From: Hydrolagus affinis
Lineage: Eukaryota
Reading direction: 5' to 3'
DNA length: 64,000 nucleotides
NCBI GenBank assembly: GCA_012026655.1
Contig: JAAILG010000810.1
Span: 1-64,000 of the forward strand
Positions 57,386 through 64,000 of the stretch are shown in pieces. A model generated the notes under the pieces. The model was not told the origin of the DNA. It ran no database searches and saw nothing but the letters and a program-made list of their open reading frames with translations. Positions within the stretch are counted from its first letter, which is position 1. Each line of letters starts with the position of its first letter. The position numbers and the translations under genes are program-made.

Positions 57386-58789
57386 TATCTGAGACACGCA
57401 GAAACCCATCACTTTGCTTAAGAGTATCCAAGCCAAGCTGAGATGTCCATTCATCCTACCTACACATAGGAATACCAGAGATAGATTGTTGGGATGGAAT
57501 GCCCATTTTCTCCCTGGAGGGACCCATCCTAATTACCTAATTCCAGAACATATTAGGGGCAGGTTGGCAAGAGTGTAACAAAGGCAAGATCACCCACTGA
57601 TCATCTCCCCTGGGTGACTATTGACTATCCATCGGTCCAGGAAACTATGCTTTGGTTAACCATTTATCCTGTTTTCGATTGTGAATTTGCCTCCCCCCCC
57701 CCCCTCCCCCGTGCGGTTACTGGGCAGTGTTTCAGGATTCGTTTTTACATTCTACATTTTCTACATTATCAATGCAGAATCAAATTACCGGTAAATACAT
57801 AAGACTGCATTGACGGGGATGGATTTGTGAAACTTCCCGAACGGAGCAGGTTCACAATCAAACCAATCGACAGATTCACTCATTTCAGGAGCACAGCGAC
57901 CCAACCGTTGTTTTGGTTTGTTAGTTGCTGAGTTGCTTGGGAACATTTTCCTGGGTTAATCGGTTCCAATAAATTTGGCTGTCCCATGATCTGGGTGTGT
58001 TGGGGCGGGGGGAGGGAGGGGGAGAGGGTGGTGGGGGGTGTGGGCGGGGAGGGGCGTAGCTGGCCGGCAGCCGGTCTATTGTGCGAGTTGTGTAATGAGT
58101 GTGATGGTGGGTTGCTTATTTGCTTTCATTGCCAGGGAAGCTGACAAATTACTGAACTGTGATGCTTCTGTTCCACAAGCTGCGCCAGTCGTGTTCGCTT
58201 TGCCTTGCTGCCGCTGCCCGCCGCTGGGTTTGCATTGCAGTGGCGGTGATAAGAAGAACTGGATTTAACGTCGCGCCTCATTTGTGCCGTTGCCTGCATC
58301 TCAAAGGGTTTCGTCCGCAAAATACGCACGGGCAATTCACTTTACGGTATATCCTGGGAGGCGCTCTGGGACGTCCGGAAGACGCGAAAAGCGCTAGATT
58401 CAAATGCAAGGATTGTTATTAATATTAAAGCGCTTCATGGGATACGCTGTCAAGTGAATCAAACTGTACATTTTGGACTGTAAAACTTGTAAAGAGTTCT
58501 GTTAAATTCCACCCTCTATGGCTCTGTTCCTGTCCCTAGCTCGAGGTTGCGTAAAGAAGCTATTGAGTGTTTTGGTTGCATTTTTTTTAGAGAGAGAGAG
58601 ACAGAGACTTACAAGTTTATTGGTTGGTGTTGCACAAATAGCCTAGCCCTGCTCTGAGCTGGGAGAGAGAGAGGGAGGGAGGGAGGGGGTGGGGGGAGGA
58701 GCACTGATGCCAGTCCCTGTCTGTACAGGTAAGGCAGGAATGTGAGAATTACTCACCATGACTAACAGCCGCATCAAACACCTGAGCAG

Positions 58790-58990
58790 CTAAAACTTCC
58801 ACCAGCCTCACAGAAATCACAGTCAGTCTCTGTCCGTCAGCTCTACCATACACAGGGGACTGACTGCTCAACACGAGAGATACACACAGGGAGAGACAAG
58901 GAGCCAGAGAGAGAGAGAGACACAGCAAAAAAACACAAGCTTCTGTTTGATCAGGAGGAACCGACTTTTGGGGCAACTTGAGAGCCACAG
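58790..58990 (+). other. ITGB4: Probable non-coding first exon of ITGB4 (start approximate)
   Basis: Strong donor CACAG|gtaagt after 58990, preceded by a GA/G-rich promoter-like region; synteny. Confidence 0.5.
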
Positions 58991-59784
58991 GTAAGTCAAC
59001 CTCAACCAACTGAGAACCTGCTGGTGTCTGAGCTGCCCTGCCTTGTGTTAAACTTTGCTAACGTGTGGGAGTCAATTGGACAGAGGGAAATCGACTGGAT
59101 CCGAAGGAAGGGCTGGTGTGTCTGGAGGATTGTATCAGTGACTGAGTTCCTGGTTGTTTGCAGTCAGAGGGCAAGACTTGGACTTTGCTTTGGTGTTTAC
59201 AGGTTAGAAACTTGCCTCTTGAGGATTGGTGCAAGTTTTAAACCCCCCCACACACATACTTTTTTCTTCTCTCTCTCCTCCCTCTCTCTCTCCCTCTGGC
59301 TGAGGGGTGAGTAAGTAAATGCTTTTATAAATCAGCTATTCCAGGCTAGTTTTGCATTGAGAGCAACTCTGGGATTGAGAGACTTGGCTTGTTAGTGTTG
59401 GTTTGCTGACCTGTTGTGTTTGGTGGCGTTTCCTCAGGCTGCCAATAGGTACAGTAGTTTGTTCTAAACTTTTCGTGTGTCTTGTGTGTGTGTGTATGTA
59501 CTTGTGTGTTTCTTTTAATGATCCATGATTTGTGACCTTGAACTTCCCTTGTCTTGTAATGGGTTTGCAGCCTTAGACCGCAGGTGCTTGAGAGTTAGGC
59601 ACCTTCAGGCAGTCATTGCCTGTAGTTAACCCTTCCTATTCCTGGGAACTGTGTAGCCACTAAAACACAGAATAACCGCCCCTACCCCCCACCCAAAAAA
59701 AAGTATTTAGTCCAAATTCTTGATAATAACAACAGTACTAATACTCTATTATTGTAATAGTTGATTAATTGTTGGAATATATTT

Positions 59785-60030
59785 GATGTAGCGCTTATCA
59801 CGTCTTCTAGACATCTCAAAGCACTTCACAGAATATACTGTAAAGTGAACTGACTGTATATATGTGTGTGTGGGCGAAACAAGATAGACAGTTAGTTGCG
59901 CACAGCAACTGTTTGCCCCACAAACAGTCGTGGATTGAAATGACCCAATTTATTATCATTTATTTTTGAGGGATTATTATCAGGCGTGTGGAGTAAGGAA
60001 ACTTGCCCCAGGTTTCACCCTGACCTGCCT
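59785..60030 (-). mobile_element. Same SINE family
   Basis: Core, tail and part of the head. Confidence 0.8.
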
Positions 60031-60409
60031 GGAATTAATAATTATTCTTCAGCAACTGGGCATGTGTGAGTCTCTCACTCCCTCACTCGCTCTCTCTCTC
60101 TCTCTGGGTGGCATCTTAATGCGGAAGATTTTTCAGAAGTGCTGAAACGGTTAAGACTTGCTTCACAAGAAAACAAAGTACGTTTGATCTCCATTATTCT
60201 CAACCCCTTACAGAAGCCTCTCAGAAGGTTTGTGCACAGTTAATTGGAGCTGTATGTGTAACACTGCCCTCTCTCAGCTCAGTTCCTCACTCAGGGTGTG
60301 ACTGGATAGGTTTTCAAATTCAACTCCCAACGGAATCTCGAATCAGGTGTTTACAGAATTGAAACTTGGGCCAGTGAACAGAATGAATACTGTGATAACT
60401 CTTGTATTT

Positions 60410-60530
60410 GTGGAGTCCTGTAGCTCAGTGGTTAGAGCACTCGCCTTACAAGTGAGAGACCTGGGTTCGATTTCAGGCAGGGCAAAATCTTGGGCAAGTT
60501 TCCTTACCCACACATCTGATAGTAATCCCT
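60410..60530 (+). mobile_element. SINE tRNA-like head (Pol III A/B boxes)
   Basis: TAGCTCAGTGG ... GGTTCGATTTC followed by SINE body, so not a real tRNA. Confidence 0.8.
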
Positions 60531-61112
60531 AACAAGGGTTAGTAATCCCTAACCCTAACCCAAAATAAATAAGTATATTGGTCATTGAATGTGATAACAA
60601 ATTTGTGTACAGCAAAGTTCCATAAACAGCCATGAAGTGAATGACCAAACTTTTTTTTAATCGGGGAATTGTTGACAGGGACATGAGGAGAATAATAATA
60701 GTAATACTGGACTTGCTATTGAAATAGCGCGTAATCACATCTTCAGGATGTCTCGAAGCCCTTTGGAATATGATGTAAAGTGAATTGATTGTATATCCTG
60801 TGGGCAAAAAAAAGAAACTCCCTTCTCTTTTGCAATAGTTCCACGAAACCTTGAAAGTCTACACATGTAATCCGCCATTCACTTCATGGCTGTTTGTGGG
60901 ACTTTCCTGTACGTAAATTACCTGCCCCATTTTCGTACAAATACAGTCAACTACATAGTAAAATCCTGTGATGCACTTTGAGACATCTCACTGACTAAAT
61001 AAGATACCATATATTTATTATTATTACCGGAACAGACCGATCTGACCTTGGTTTAAAATCTAATTGAAAGGAGGATTTCCCCAGCCCTCCATTGAAGTGC
61101 CAGCGTAGACAG

Positions 61113-61332
61113 TAGTGTCCGGCGATATATCGGTTATATCGGTATAACGTGAACTTTTTCAACTTACCTTGTCGTCGGCATCGCAAACCTCCTAGGCATA
61201 GAGCATGGAATGTGCACGCACCTCCGAATGCGCCCGCATGCACAGGATAAAACAACCCAGCGATATCGGTATATATCGTTATGAGCCCACCGATATATCG
61301 ATATCGGAAAATTTCCATATTGACGGACCCTA
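61113..61332. mobile_element. hAT-like MITE
   Basis: TIRs TAGTGTCCGGCGATAT vs (reverse complement) TAGGGTCCGTCAATAT; imperfect 8-bp TSD GTAGACAG/GTAGAGAC; subterminal ATATCG repeats. Confidence 0.7.
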
Positions 61333-61804
61333 GTAGAGACACGGAGCATGTAGAGCATGTACTGTTTCTAAGTGGACAGAATATTTGAAGGCTGAGTGAA
61401 TGGTTTGCGCATCTCTTGCAGAAACAGCTGAACAGAATTTTGAAACCGTGATTGTTTTAGTCCCAGCATAAATAGCGGAGAAATGTTTTCGTTGTGATGA
61501 GGTAGAAATTCTCTTTCGACCACTGGTCAGACTGATGAGCAGCGGGTAGATCTACTTCAGTTGTTATTGTGTAATTTTGTTGTTGTTGTCCTATTGGATC
61601 TTTCCATATTTCAACTGGAAACTCGAGAGCAGTTAACAAACACCAACTTTGATGAAGTCACTAGAATTAAAGTTTAACCTACTTTCTAGGTAAAACAAAT
61701 TAATTTCTCAGTATTTTAGTAGATTAGATAGAAATTTACCCTCATAAGATAGTCATTACATGTAGTAATAATAATTATTGTAAAGAGCATTGAGATATTT
61801 TGAC

Positions 61805-62700
61805 TATCATAGAACTTTACAGCACAAAAGGAGGCCATTCGGCCCATTGTGTCTGTGCCAGCTTTTTGAAAAGAGCTATTCAAAGTCAATCCCGCTCCCC
61901 AGCCCTCTCCCCATAACCCCAAAAACCCGTCCTCCCCCAATAGCCATCCACCTCTTTTTTAAAGCTTGTTATCGAATCGGCCTCCACCGTCCTTTCAGGC
62001 AATGCATTCCAGAATCGAACAACTCGCTGCATGTAAACATTTTTCCTCACCTCCCCTCTGCTTTTTTTTACAAACTATTTTAAATCTGTGACCTTGAGTC
62101 TCTGACACACCCACCAGTGGAAACAGTTTTTCCCCGTTTACCCTGTCGAATCCCCTCATGATTCTGAAAACCTCTACTAGGTCTCCTCGTCACCTTCTCT
62201 GCCCCAATGAGAATAAACCTAGCCTCTCAGCCTTTCCTCATATCCAAAGTCCCTCATTCCTGATACCATCCTGGTAAATCTCCTCTGCATCCTTTCCAAT
62301 GCCTTAACATCCTTCCTAAAGTGTGGTGACCAGGACTGAACACAGCACACTAGCTGAGGCCAAACCAGTGTTTTATACAGGTTAATCATAACTTCCTGAC
62401 TTTTGTACTCTATGCCACTACTTTTAAAGCCTAGTGTCCCTTATACTTTTTTAACAGCTTTATCTACCAGTCCTGCCACCTTCAAAGATTTAGTTACATG
62501 AACCTCCAAGTCTCTCAGTTCCTTCATCCCACTTGGGACTTCCTCCCGATGTGAAAGGCGCTCTATAAATGTAGTTTTGTTGTTAAGATTGTATTATCTA
62601 GCTTATATTGCCTCTCCTCATTCTTCTTCCCAAAATGCATCACCTCGCATTTCTCCACATTAAACTTTATCTGCCATGTGTCTGCCCATTTTACCATTAT
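61805..62700 (-). mobile_element. CR1-clade LINE 3' fragment (related 3' ends at ~23525-23725 + and ~56000-56165 +)
   Basis: Tail ATCATAGAA...GGAGGCCATTCGGCCCAT and CR1 RT-end sequence. Confidence 0.85.
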
Positions 62701-63702
62701 ATGTGAAATAGGAACTCTTTTAGAGAGTTTAGATGTCTAGCTTTCCTTGCATTATGAAATCATTCTATATTCTGTTTTTTGAGACTGTCTAATGTTCTTA
62801 ATGATGATGACTCACTCTAAGATTGGATGGCTCCAATCTTAGCGCCTCATCTCCAGATGGCAGATGTTGATTGAGGTTTACTTAATGTTTGATTAAGTTA
62901 ACAATCCTTGGATTTTATATGGTGTCTCATCACATTGCTGACGCATCTCAAAGCACTTTACAGGAATTTCTCTAAAGAGGAAATCCTTCCTCTTTTCGAA
63001 TAGTGCCATAAGTTCTTTAATATCCTAGGCAGACGAGATCTTGGATTAAAAACTCGGTTCAAAAAGCACTACATTGCTGCACTAGCACTACATTCAAAAT
63101 AGTTCTAGCTGAGATGAGAGTTTAAAGGTATATTGTGAACCTTGAACAATTCGGATTGTATTTCCAGAACACAATTAACTGTGTTTTCTGTAGATTGTTG
63201 ATTAAGTCTAGAAACTGATTTGCCCTGTGTTTTTATAGTTTCCTAGTTCTATAAACATATTATGTAGATTACCAAACAGCTCCATAGTTTATAGACTCCT
63301 GATTTAATCTGTGTTGATGATTAAACTTTTTGCTTTCTACTGACTTCAAATTTTGCTCTCGCAAAGCACCAGGTTCATTACACCGACTAGCAGTAATGTG
63401 ATTGGCACTGCGAGTTTATGTAATGGGAAGTTCAATTCCCTCCATGTTACAAAACCTAAAAAATGTCATGGCTTGTGAATCTGAGATGTAGCTGCGTTGG
63501 CTGATGTTAATCACGCCCCTCCAGTGAGAGAGTACGCATTCCATTGCAATAAACATCTCTGGAATCTCCATGTATATGTGGGATGCATGGAACTCTGATG
63601 GGTTTCAAACACTCTGGGACGCTACCCTGCATGAGGGGTGCTATATAAACGCTAATTGTTGTTGTTGTTAACCTCAGGTTCTTTCATCTATTAAACCAGG
63701 CA

Positions 63703-63775
63703 ATGGAACGGAGGAGGATATGGTGTTTTGTGGTGATTTTTATCCTGTGGGGAACCGTGTGCCAGGGACAGAGTG
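63703..63775 (+). CDS. ITGB4: First coding exon (signal peptide) of the next gene, probably integrin beta-4
   Basis: aaaccag|GCA ATG G; MERRRIWCFVVIFILWGTVCQGQS G|gtaag has n/h/c signal-peptide regions and ends in phase 1. Gene identity rests on SAP30BP-ITGB4 synteny. Confidence 0.7.
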
Positions 63776-64000
63776 GTAAGATTCTTCATCTTTCTATCTA
63801 TCTGTTCTGTGGTCATTAATCTTTTTAACACCTAACAGGGAAAATGGCTTACCAACAGGCTTTTTATGAGGTTTGTAACATGGACTAAATTTATGCTTTC
63901 GACGTTGGTCCCCACCCACCTCCCCTCCACCTATCTTGAACCCACCCCCAACTTATATGTTCAGCGCCTTGGGACGTCCTTCCAACACGAAAGCCGCTAT

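Noticed and set aside
60410-60485. tRNA gene
   Set aside because: A/B boxes are present, but the sequence continues into SINE body and recurs in many degenerate copies; it is a SINE head.
61530-61560. Another hammerhead (CTGATGAG)
   Set aside because: No stem II or downstream GAAA box.
63839-63888. Alternative start exon MAYQQAFYE
   Set aside because: Short ORF with no signal peptide, lying just inside the intron after the better-supported exon 63700-63775.

Overview
Repeat-rich vertebrate genomic DNA. The SINE, LINE and Penelope repertoire points to a cartilaginous fish, probably a holocephalan (inference). There are three 100-N gaps. Manual splicing recovers the conserved syntenic block MYO15B(+, last 4 exons) - RECQL5(-, 19 coding exons, ~1014 aa) - SAP30BP(+, 11 exons, 299/303 aa) - probable ITGB4(+, non-coding first exon and signal-peptide exon). 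RECQL5 and SAP30BP share a 154-bp bidirectional CpG-island promoter. A 72-aa single-pass SMIM5-like microprotein gene, missed by the ORF track, is nested antisense in a RECQL5 intron. Repeats include tRNA-headed DeuSINE-type SINEs, L2 and CR1 LINE fragments, and pogo/Tigger-like and hAT-like MITEs. There is also a family of Penelope-like element termini: two carry minimal hammerhead-ribozyme motifs and several form short palindromic insertions flanked by 10-15 bp target-site duplications. Exon coordinates were read by hand; repeat boundaries are approximate.
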